From Candidatus Sumerlaeota bacterium (GTDB lineage: Bacteria > Sumerlaeota > Sumerlaeia > JABWBI01), in assembly GCA_016928695.1 (NCBI GenBank), contig JAFGKF010000025.1, positions 1-23,093 of the forward strand: a stretch of 23,093 nt of DNA, written 5' to 3'. The notes under the pieces are model-generated. The model worked only from the letters and a program-made list of their open reading frames with translations. It searched no databases and was not told the DNA's origin. This document shows, piece by piece, positions 1 to 7,183 of this stretch (within the stretch, counting starts at the first letter, position 1; each line of letters starts with the position of its first letter). The translations under genes and the position numbers were made by a program.

Positions 1-48
1 ACCCTTCCAAGGTGGGCGTTGCGGGTTCGAATCCCGTCTCCCGCTCCA
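1..48 (+). tRNA. tRNA-Gly (anticodon UCC), 5'-truncated by the window edge. Only the anticodon arm through the 3' CCA is present.
   Basis: Manual fold: anticodon stem acc/ggt (1-3 with 11-13), 7-nt loop cttccaa (4-10) with U33 and anticodon TCC, 5-nt variable loop, T-stem gcggg/cccgt with loop ttcgaat (GTTCGAATC signature), acceptor 3' strand ctcccgc, discriminator T, encoded CCA at 46-48. A U73 discriminator is typical of bacterial tRNA-Gly. Confidence 0.6.
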
Positions 49-57
49 GCGAGATTC

Positions 58-90
58 TCACAGAGCCCGCGCCAGGCGCGGGCTCTGTGA
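58..90 (+). terminator. Perfect 16-bp inverted repeat (tcacagagcccgcgcc a ggcgcgggctctgtga) immediately 3' of the tRNA. Likely intrinsic terminator or processing hairpin.
   Basis: Arms 58-73 and 75-90 are exact reverse complements with a single-nt centre, and the hairpin begins 10 nt after the CCA. No clear U-tract follows, which is common in high-GC genomes. Confidence 0.55.
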
Positions 91-215
91 TCTCGGCCTT
101 CGGCACGGCTCCAGCCATTCAATGCCTCGGGAAACACCCCACTCTTCTCTGGCGAATTCAGCCTCCGATGGTCCAGGATTCCAGAGTCAGCGATTTCGGT
201 CCCGAGGAGGGAGAG

Positions 216-932
216 ATGACCAAGCGCTCTCTGATCATCACCGCGGCTGCGCCGCTGCTCGGCTGCGCACCGCTGCATCCGCCGGCGCCGGTGCCCTATG
301 AGGCTCTTCCCGAGTTCAACCAGATTGTCCTCGACGTCTGCGAGGAGTATCCGACGGACGGAACCCACGGCTACTTCTGGCCCCGGGGTGAGGAGCCCTA
401 TTACGACGGCTGCACGAGTGACGTCAACTTTCTCGGTGAGAGGGTGATGAGGGGGGAGCCGCAGGGACGGACGTACTGCTGCGGCTTCACCGCGGAGGTG
501 TTCGTCGAGGCCTACTCCCGATGGCTCGAGCGCCACGGCGAGGAGCACACGCGGATCACGCCGGAGAACTTCCGCCGCTTTCTCAGGCTCTGGTTTGTGC
601 TCGAGCGCAATGGCCCGGGCCCCTCGGCCGCGCTGGAGGAGTTCGACCTGGGCTATGAGATCCCCAACGACGAGTGGGAGGAGACTGTCCTGCCCGGGGA
701 CTTCTGCGCGATGTGGAGGACGGAGCAGGACAGCGGGAAGATCTCGGGGCACAGCATCATCTTCCTGCGGTGGATCTACGGCTGGGACGGGGAGATCGCC
801 GGAATCGAGTACATCTCCTCTCAGCCCTCGACCGACGGCATCGGCCGCCGCCGCGAGTATTTCGGCTCGAACGGCGGGATGTCTCGCAACTACACTTGGT
901 TCGGGCACGCTGAGCCCGAGCGGGCCCTGTGA
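216..932 (+). CDS. Predicted lipoprotein of unknown function. Possible NlpC/P60- or CHAP-like Cys/His hydrolase fold.
   Basis: ATG at 216 is preceded by GGAGGGAG. The N-terminus MTKRSLIITAAAPLLGCA has a lipobox (LLGC). YCCGF and GHSIIF motifs resemble the catalytic Cys and His contexts of papain-like amidases (inference only). The 12..215 extension of the ORF overlaps the tRNA and is rejected. Confidence 0.6.
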   Translation: MTKRSLIITAAAPLLGCAPLHPPAPVPYEALPEFNQIVLDVCEEYPTDGTHGYFWPRGEEPYYDGCTSDVNFLGERVMRGEPQGRTYCCGFTAEVFVEAYSRWLERHGEEHTRITPENFRRFLRLWFVLERNGPGPSAALEEFDLGYEIPNDEWEETVLPGDFCAMWRTEQDSGKISGHSIIFLRWIYGWDGEIAGIEYISSQPSTDGIGRRREYFGSNGGMSRNYTWFGHAEPERAL

Positions 933-980
933 GCCCTTCCCCTTGCGTTTCAATCCGGCGCGGTGTGTGATGGTCGCCTG

Positions 981-2132
981 ATGGATGAGGCGGCCAGAGA
1001 GCTCCGGCGTGTGATGCCGCTCGAGGGTGTCGAGGGACAGCCCCACTGGGACCTTCTCGCGGCGCTTTTCTATTACACGCCCATCGGCCTCTTTGTGATC
1101 GACGATCAGCGGCGAATCGTCCTCTACAATCCCGCGGCCGCGGAGCTGACGGGCTGGGCGGGCGAGGATCCGATCGACGTCGGCTGCCGTGTGCTCAGCG
1201 GCAAGGCCTGCCCCATCACCGAGGGCTCGCTCTTCGACCCGGGCAACTGCCCCGGCGAGGAGGTGCTTCTGACGATGCGCTCAGAGGTGAGTCACGAGGT
1301 CGAGCTCTTCGATCCCAAGGGACACCGGCGCCTGATCGAGGCCACCTACTACCCCATTCACAACCCCGATGGGACGATGAAGTTCATCATCGGGACCCTG
1401 CGCGACATCGAGGAGCGGCGGCATCTTCAGGATCAGCTGGTCCAGTCGAAGAAGCTCGCCTCGCTCGGCACACTGGTCGCCGGCATCGCTCATGAGCTCC
1501 GCAATCCCCTGGGTGTGATCCGCAGCGCGGCCCAGATCCTGGCCAACGAGGAGCGCTCGCCGCTCCAGCGCCGCGAGGCCATCCGCCTTCTGCTCGAGGA
1601 GACGGGGCGACTCGACAAGTCGATCCGCGAGTTCCTGGCCTTCGCACGCCCCCAGGCCGCTCGCCCCGAGCCCACCGACATCGTGGCCTTCACCAAGAGG
1701 GTGCTGGAGATCCGGAGAACCGCTGAGACCGGTGGAGCCCCGATCATCGCCCTGGAGACGGAGCCCGGACTCCCCCGCCTCGACATCGACACCGACCTGA
1801 TGCGCCAGGTCTTCGAGAACCTGATCGGCAACGCGGGCCAGGCCCGCCCGGACTCCGACGAGCCCGTGCGCATCGAGATCCGCATCGCACGCGACGACGA
1901 GGACCATCTCCGGATCGAATTCGCCGACGACGGCGAGGGGATCGAGCCCGAGCATGTCACGAAGATCTTCGACCCGTTCTTCACGACCAAGCGTGACGGG
2001 ACGGGGCTGGGCCTCTCGATCGTTCACCAGATCATCACCCAGCACCGGGGGCGCCTGACCGTGGACAGCGAGCGGGGCAGGGGCACCACCTTCAGCATCC
2101 AGCTGCCAATCTCCGAGGAGAGCCGAGCGTGA
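981..2132 (+). CDS. Cytoplasmic PAS-domain sensor histidine kinase (HisKA plus HATPase_c) with no transmembrane segment.
   Basis: The PAS-like region (FVIDDQRRIVLYNPAAAELTGW) is followed by an H-box (AGIAHELRNPLGVI) and N/G1/G2 ATPase motifs (IGNAGQA, DDGEGI, GTGLGLSIV). Start is uncertain (GTG 963, ATG 981 or ATG 1014) and no strong SD is visible. The stop TGA overlaps the next gene's GTG. Confidence 0.8.
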   Translation: MDEAARELRRVMPLEGVEGQPHWDLLAALFYYTPIGLFVIDDQRRIVLYNPAAAELTGWAGEDPIDVGCRVLSGKACPITEGSLFDPGNCPGEEVLLTMRSEVSHEVELFDPKGHRRLIEATYYPIHNPDGTMKFIIGTLRDIEERRHLQDQLVQSKKLASLGTLVAGIAHELRNPLGVIRSAAQILANEERSPLQRREAIRLLLEETGRLDKSIREFLAFARPQAARPEPTDIVAFTKRVLEIRRTAETGGAPIIALETEPGLPRLDIDTDLMRQVFENLIGNAGQARPDSDEPVRIEIRIARDDEDHLRIEFADDGEGIEPEHVTKIFDPFFTTKRDGTGLGLSIVHQIITQHRGRLTVDSERGRGTTFSIQLPISEESRA

Positions 2133-3517
2133 GCAACAGGACACCCAACCTTCTGATCGTCGACGATGAGGAGCGGCTCCGCCGCGTCCTCGCCATGCTG
2201 CTGAGCGACATGAAGATCAAGATGACGCTGGTGGGCGATGGCGAGGAGGCTCTGGAGAAGCTCGGTGGGACCACCTACGACCTCGTGATCACCGACCTCA
2301 AGATGCCGCGGCTCGACGGCATGGGCCTGATCGGCAAGATGCGTGAGCGGGGTCTCGACACCCCGGTCATCGTCATCACCGCGTTCGGCAGTGTCGAGTC
2401 GGCCGTCGAGGCGATGAAGGCGGGGGCAATCGACTTCATCACCAAGCCGTTCGAGGAGGACCAGATCAAGCTCGCCGTCCGGCACGCGCTCGAGTTCAGC
2501 TCGCTGCAGAGCGAGAACCGGCGGCTGCGGAGCGAGCTCACCCAGCGCTTCGACTTCAGCGCGATCATCGCCAACAGTGAGGCGATGCAGAACGTGATCG
2601 AGCTGGCGAAGGAGGTCGCCCCCTCCAACGCGACGATCCTGATCACCGGCGAGAGCGGCACGGGCAAGGAGCTGCTCACGCGCGGCATTCATCTCAGCTC
2701 TCCGCGCTCGCGCGGCGCCTTCGTCGCCGTCAACGTCGCGGCCATCCCCGACACGCTGCTCGAGAGTGAGCTGTTTGGCCACGAGAAGGGGGCCTTCACG
2801 GGCGCCGCCGAGCGCAAGCGTGGGCGCTTCGAGGTCGCCGACGGCGGGACCGTCTTCCTCGATGAGATCGGCGAGATGTCGCTGTCGCTCCAGGCCAAGA
2901 TCCTCCGCGTGATCCAGGAGCGCGAGTTCGAGCGCCTCGGATCGACTCAGAGCCAGTCGACCGACGTCCGGATCATCGCCGCCACGCATCAGAATCTGCG
3001 AAAGCTCATCGCCGATGGACGGTTCCGCGAGGACCTCTACTATCGACTCAACGTCTTCCCCCTCGAGATCCCGCCCATTCGCGACCGGCCCGAGGACATC
3101 CTCCCGCTCGTCGATCACTTCCTCGCCCGCAACTGTGCGGAGATGGGCAAGCCCGTCCCCATCATCCCCGACCGGACGCGGGCACTGCTCGAGGCCCACA
3201 CCTGGCCCGGCAACGTCCGCGAGATCCAGAACGCCGTGGAGCGCGCCGTGATCCTCCTCAAGGGTGACACGCTCAATCCTGAGCTCCTGCCCGAGTGGAT
3301 CCGCGGCGAGGATCTCCCGCCGACCGAGAGTGGTGAGGAGAGAGGTCAGCGTCATCTCACGCTGCCGACGAATGGCCTTCGCCTCGAGGACCTCGAGCGC
3401 GATCTGCTTGTCCAGGCGATGGAGCGCTCGAACAGCAACAAGACGAAGGCGGCCTCACTGCTCGGCCTGACCCGCGCGACGCTGCGCTATCGCCTCGAGA
3501 AGTACGGGCTGGACTGA
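2129..3517 (+). CDS. NtrC-family sigma-54-dependent response regulator (REC + AAA+ sigma-54 activator + Fis-type HTH).
   Basis: Receiver domain (LIVDDEE...DLKMP). Walker A GESGTGKE, GAFTGA sigma-54 contact motif, Walker B FLDEIGEM, and a C-terminal HTH (KTKAASLLGLTRATLRYRLEKYGL). The GTG start at 2129 overlaps the kinase stop (GTGA), implying translational coupling. Confidence 0.9.
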   Translation: MSNRTPNLLIVDDEERLRRVLAMLLSDMKIKMTLVGDGEEALEKLGGTTYDLVITDLKMPRLDGMGLIGKMRERGLDTPVIVITAFGSVESAVEAMKAGAIDFITKPFEEDQIKLAVRHALEFSSLQSENRRLRSELTQRFDFSAIIANSEAMQNVIELAKEVAPSNATILITGESGTGKELLTRGIHLSSPRSRGAFVAVNVAAIPDTLLESELFGHEKGAFTGAAERKRGRFEVADGGTVFLDEIGEMSLSLQAKILRVIQEREFERLGSTQSQSTDVRIIAATHQNLRKLIADGRFREDLYYRLNVFPLEIPPIRDRPEDILPLVDHFLARNCAEMGKPVPIIPDRTRALLEAHTWPGNVREIQNAVERAVILLKGDTLNPELLPEWIRGEDLPPTESGEERGQRHLTLPTNGLRLEDLERDLLVQAMERSNSNKTKAASLLGLTRATLRYRLEKYGLD

Positions 3518-3544
3518 GGCGGCATCCGATTTTTCCGGATTCGC

Positions 3545-3573
3545 TTGAAACCCGCGCCCAGAGCGGCTACAAT
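3545..3573 (+). promoter_or_regulatory. Sigma-70-like promoter: -35 TTGAAA (3545-3550), 17-nt spacer, -10 TACAAT (3568-3573).
   Basis: Near-consensus hexamers with optimal spacing, 60 nt upstream of the nfeD-like start. It sits after a weak hairpin (ATCCG...CGGAT, 3525-3541) that follows the regulator stop. Confidence 0.55.
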
Positions 3574-3632
3574 TCACTCAGGTGACGGAAAACTCCTGAG
3601 AGAAAACCTCCCGTCACAGAGGTGGTGACCCT

Positions 3633-4208
3633 GTGTTGACGATGGAAGTCGCCTTCTACTGCTACCTGGGCTGCTTTCTGTTCGGGCTGCTCTTCGCCCT
3701 GATCTCGGCCGTCTTCGGTGGACTCTTTGACACCGACTTCGGGGACGGGGGCGTGGACATCGGGGACATGGACGCCAACGTCGATGTCACCAGTGATGCG
3801 GTGTCGCTCAGCCCCCTCTCACCGATGGTGATCTGCGTCTTCCTCGCCGTGTTCGGGGGAACAGGCATCATCTGCATCGAGCTCTTCGAGACCTCGATCC
3901 TGGTGAGCCTCGCCGCCTCCACTCTGATGGGGCTCCTCGTGGCCACGGTGTTCTTCACCGGCATGAGCTGGCTGATGAACAAGGCGCAGGGCTCGATGGG
4001 CCTCAGCGCGACCTCGATCCTCGGCGGCGAGGCCGAGGTGACGCTGGCGATCCCCCGCAACGGGCTCGGCGAGATCTCCTTCGTGGCCAACGAGATGCGC
4101 CAGCGCGCGAGTGCGAAGAGCGAGGATGGAAAGCCGATCCCACAGAGCCAGGTGGTGACGGTGGTTCGTTACACGGGCAATTTCTACATCGTCCGGCCGA
4201 CCAAGTGA
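3633..4208 (+). CDS. NfeD-like membrane protein (short YuaF/YqeZ-type) with a C-terminal OB-fold. Partner of the downstream flotillin.
   Basis: Hydrophobic N-terminal half (about 3 TM segments), then a soluble C-terminal segment (GGEAEVTLAIPRNGLGEISF...VVTVVRYTGNFYIVRP) typical of the NfeD beta-barrel. The GTG at 3633 is 7 nt downstream of a GGTGG SD, with an alternative ATG at 3642. Conserved NfeD-SPFH gene order. Confidence 0.75.
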   Translation: MLTMEVAFYCYLGCFLFGLLFALISAVFGGLFDTDFGDGGVDIGDMDANVDVTSDAVSLSPLSPMVICVFLAVFGGTGIICIELFETSILVSLAASTLMGLLVATVFFTGMSWLMNKAQGSMGLSATSILGGEAEVTLAIPRNGLGEISFVANEMRQRASAKSEDGKPIPQSQVVTVVRYTGNFYIVRPTK

Positions 4209-4292
4209 CGGCGGACAGCGTGCGACCCAGCGGCCGCGGATGCCCCGGGCGCCTGACAGACACACTCTGAACAACGAAAGGACAAGTCCACC

Positions 4293-5816
4293 ATGGGCAT
4301 CTCAACCACACTTCTCCCACTGCAGTTTCTCGGCGGACAGACGGGGACCGTCGCGGCGGTCGTCGCGGGGGTCGTCGTTGTCATCTTCATCTTCGTCGCG
4401 CTGCTGGCCAGCCGCTACCGCAAGGTCGGCCCCAACCAGACGATGGTCATCTCGGGCCGTGGACGCAGGGGTTTCCGCGTCGTCGCGGGCGGCGGCGCCT
4501 TCATCTGGCCGATCGTCGAGAAGGTCGATCTGCTCTCCATGGAGCTGATGACGCTCGACGTCACCACGCCCGAGGTCTACACGATCAGGGGTGTGCCGGT
4601 CATCGTCGACGGCGTGGCCCAGGTCAAGGTCCGCAGCGACGAGGCCTCGATCCGAACCTCCGCGCAGCAGTTTCTCTCCAAGGGCGGGGGCGAGATCATG
4701 AGCATCGCGCAGCTGACCCTGGAGGGCCACCTGCGCGCGATCCTCGGCACGATGACCGTCGAGGAGATCTATCAGAACCGCGACGCCTTCGCGCAGCGTG
4801 TCCAGGAGGTCGCGGCCGGCGACATGGCCAACATGGGGCTGGAGATCGTCTCCTTCACCATCCGCGACATCAAGGACAACCAGGGCTACCTCGCCGCGCT
4901 CGGCAAGCCCCGCACGGCGGAGGTCAAGCGCGACGCCGTCATCGCCCAGGCCGAGGCCGACCGCGACGCTCAGATCCGCTCGGCGCAGGCGCGCCGGGAC
5001 GGGGAGACGGCGGAGATCGCCGCCAAGACGAAGATCGCCGAGGCCGACCGCGACTACAAGATCAAGCAGGCGGAGTACGACCAGGCGGCGCAGCTGAAGC
5101 GGGCCGAGGCCGACCAGGCCTACGCGCTGCAGACCAACCGCGCCATGCAGTCGGTCAAGGCCGAGGAGGTCCAGGTCGAGATCGTCGAGCGCGAGAGGCG
5201 CATCGAGCTCCAGAACAAGGAGATCGAGCGCAAGGAGCGCGAGCTCAACGCCACCATCCGCAAGCCCGCCGAGGCGGAGCGCTTCCGGGTCGAGCAGCTG
5301 GCCGACGCTGAGAAGTACAGGATCGAGGCGAACGCCCTCGGCCAGGCCAACGCCGAGAAATCGCGCGGTTTCGCCGACGCCGACGTCGTCGAGCGGACGG
5401 GTGACGCCGAGGCCTCGGCCGCGAAGGCCAAGGGACTCGCCACCGCCGACGTGATCAAGGCGACGGGGATGAGCGAGGCGGAGGCCATGCGCAAGAAGGC
5501 CGAGTCCTTCGCGCTCTACAACGAGGCGGCCGTGACCCAGATGCTCATCGACGTCCTGCCGCGCGTCGCGGAGGCCGTCGCCGCCCCGCTGGCCAAGACC
5601 GAGCGCATCGTCATCATCGGCGGCGGCTCGGATGGAGCGGGGGCGGGCGCCTCCAAGATCACGAGGGATGTCACCGACATCGTCGCCCAGCTCCCGCCCG
5701 TGCTCGAGTCGCTGACGGGCCTGCAGCTGCGTGACCTCATCAGCCGTGTGCCAGGCCTCGGCGAGAAGCTCCGCGAGGCGGTGCCCCCTCCGACTCCGAA
5801 GAAGCCCGCCTCCTGA
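4293..5816 (+). CDS. Flotillin-like SPFH/band-7 protein (FloT/YuaG-like, 507 aa).
   Basis: N-terminal TM segment, SPFH domain (RYRKVGPNQTMVISGRG...LDVTTPEVYTIRGVPVIVDGVAQVKV), a long EA/KR-rich coiled-coil region (AEADRDAQIRSAQARRDGETAEIAAKTKIAEADRDYKIKQAEYD...) and a C-terminal region like FloT. ATG at 4293 with an AAAGGA SD. Confidence 0.9.
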   Translation: MGISTTLLPLQFLGGQTGTVAAVVAGVVVVIFIFVALLASRYRKVGPNQTMVISGRGRRGFRVVAGGGAFIWPIVEKVDLLSMELMTLDVTTPEVYTIRGVPVIVDGVAQVKVRSDEASIRTSAQQFLSKGGGEIMSIAQLTLEGHLRAILGTMTVEEIYQNRDAFAQRVQEVAAGDMANMGLEIVSFTIRDIKDNQGYLAALGKPRTAEVKRDAVIAQAEADRDAQIRSAQARRDGETAEIAAKTKIAEADRDYKIKQAEYDQAAQLKRAEADQAYALQTNRAMQSVKAEEVQVEIVERERRIELQNKEIERKERELNATIRKPAEAERFRVEQLADAEKYRIEANALGQANAEKSRGFADADVVERTGDAEASAAKAKGLATADVIKATGMSEAEAMRKKAESFALYNEAAVTQMLIDVLPRVAEAVAAPLAKTERIVIIGGGSDGAGAGASKITRDVTDIVAQLPPVLESLTGLQLRDLISRVPGLGEKLREAVPPPTPKKPAS

Positions 5817-5850
5817 GGAGCGCACACCTGAGCCTTGATGCTTGACACCT

Positions 5851-5876
5851 GGGGGGCACGAGACATCGTGCCCCCC
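5851..5876 (+). terminator. Perfect 10-bp GC-rich hairpin (GGGGGGCACG agacat CGTGCCCCCC) 35 nt after the flotillin stop. Putative intrinsic terminator or attenuator.
   Basis: Exact reverse-complement arms 5851-5860 and 5867-5876 with a 6-nt loop. No U-tract follows (GTCCTCTC). Confidence 0.45.
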
Positions 5877-5913
5877 GTCCTCTCTCCATCCAACGCGCAC
5901 GGAGGCCTCTGTC

Positions 5914-6474
5914 ATGCCCTGGCACATCCCTCTTCTCATTTTCCTCGCGCGGATCTGCGATGTCTCGATCGGAACCCTCCGTGTCATCACGGTTGTCCGA
6001 GGGCGCAAGCTGATCGCCGCGGTGCTGGGATTTTTCGAGGTCGGCATCTGGCTGGTCGCCGTCTCGCGCGTCCTCCAGACCTCCGACCTCCGCGAGAGCA
6101 TGGTTCTCGTCATCGCCTATGCAGGGGGGTTCTCCTGCGGCACACTGGTCGGCATGCTGATCGAGCAGCGGCTGGCGCTCGGTGATCAGCTCGTCCGAGC
6201 GATCAACACCGATCCCGCGGTGAATCTCGCCCCCCTGCTCCGCCACGAGGGCCACATGGTCACCGAGTTCGAGGGCAAGGGGGCACTGGGGCCCGTCGAG
6301 CTCTGCTTCCTTGTCACGCCGCGCCGCCGCGCCTCCTTGGCCGTCGGGGACATTCTCCGCATCTGCCCCGGGGCGTTCATCACCGTGGGCGATATCCGCG
6401 ACACCTCGAACGCCATGTCACGGACACCGCGGAGCCGCGCCCTCGGGTGGCTGCGACTCATAAAGTTCAAATAA
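5914..6474 (+). CDS. UPF0316/DUF2179 family membrane protein.
   Basis: ATG 5914 with a GGAGG SD 8 nt upstream. The N-terminal pattern MPWHIPLLIFLARICDVSIGTLRVITVVRGRKLIAAVLGFFEVGIWLVAVSRVL matches the conserved UPF0316 N-terminal region as I recall it, and the soluble C-terminal domain is consistent with DUF2179. The 5842-5913 extension of the ORF has no SD and spans the hairpin, so it is rejected. Confidence 0.6.
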   Translation: MPWHIPLLIFLARICDVSIGTLRVITVVRGRKLIAAVLGFFEVGIWLVAVSRVLQTSDLRESMVLVIAYAGGFSCGTLVGMLIEQRLALGDQLVRAINTDPAVNLAPLLRHEGHMVTEFEGKGALGPVELCFLVTPRRRASLAVGDILRICPGAFITVGDIRDTSNAMSRTPRSRALGWLRLIKFK

Positions 6475-6546
6475 AATCTCGCTTGTCACGTCCCTCCACT
6501 GTCTGCTGAGATCCCGCCGGGGCAACCGGCCCCAGGAGGGGATCTG

Positions 6547-7044
6547 ATGAACCGTGAGCAGTTTCTCGGATATGCAGCGGGAATCTATGGGGCCACCCGC
6601 TCGGTGATGAAGGCCGTGCCGCCCGGCATGGTGCAGCACCGCCCCCGGCCCGAGATGATGTCCATCGCCCAGCTGATCCGGCACACCGCCTCGGCCTGCG
6701 CCAGCCCGATCGGCGCCATGCTGAAAGGTGACTTCCCCAAGCCTGAGGGCGGGGAGCTGAAGCTGCCAACCGTGGAGGAGATGGAGGGCTACGACACCGT
6801 GCAGGAGGCTCTCGATCATCTCGCCCGCGACGAGAAACAGCTCCGGGAGCTGATCATGAGGCTCGGTGAAGAGGAGTTTCAAACCCGCGAGGTGCACCCC
6901 CCCTGGCTGCCCAAGCCTGTCCCCGTGTGGCTTTTCAGCCTCATGATGCTCGATCATCTCAGCTCCCATCGGGTTCAGCTCTTCCAATACCTCAAGTCGC
7001 AGGGGCTCCCGGTGAACACGATGACACTCTGGGGGGTGGGCTGA
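6547..7044 (+). CDS. DinB/YfiT-like (DinB_2) family protein.
   Basis: About 165 aa, SD AGGAGG upstream. It has a four-helix-bundle-like pattern with His residues (LIRHTASAC ... LDHLSSHRVQL) resembling the DinB metal triad. Assignment is from memory only. Confidence 0.45.
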   Translation: MNREQFLGYAAGIYGATRSVMKAVPPGMVQHRPRPEMMSIAQLIRHTASACASPIGAMLKGDFPKPEGGELKLPTVEEMEGYDTVQEALDHLARDEKQLRELIMRLGEEEFQTREVHPPWLPKPVPVWLFSLMMLDHLSSHRVQLFQYLKSQGLPVNTMTLWGVG

Positions 7045-7145
7045 CCCCCGGCCTCGGGGTTGGAAATCTCTGCCCTCCACCGGTGGAAAGGCTTTGACAT
7101 CAATCACCTGCATCGGCGACTCTCCAGAGTTCGAAACCGGGCTTT

Positions 7146-7154
7146 TGATACAAT
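7146..7154 (+). promoter_or_regulatory. Extended -10 promoter element TGaTACAAT upstream of kpsF/kdsD.
   Basis: TG at 7146-7147 and TACAAT at 7149-7154, 30 nt before the ATG at 7184. A TTGACA hexamer at 7094-7099 lies too far upstream to pair with it. A weak GC hairpin at 7046-7059 follows the previous gene's stop. Confidence 0.4.
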
Positions 7155-7183
7155 CCTCGACCCCGCGGTGAACTGTTGGTACC

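Noticed and set aside
41-51. An 11-nt match between the tRNA 3' end (ccgctccagcg) and 1560-1570 inside the kinase gene, considered as a possible att-site direct repeat.
   Set aside because: It is too short and lies inside a conserved coding region in a GC-rich genome. It is most likely chance.
12-215. N-terminal extension of the lipoprotein ORF back to position 12.
   Set aside because: It would be translated across the tRNA and its terminator hairpin. A strong SD plus ATG at 216 begins a canonical lipoprotein signal peptide.
5842-5847. A TTGACA hexamer between flotillin and the DUF2179 gene, considered as a -35 element.
   Set aside because: No acceptable -10 lies 16-19 nt downstream. The region is occupied by the GC hairpin.
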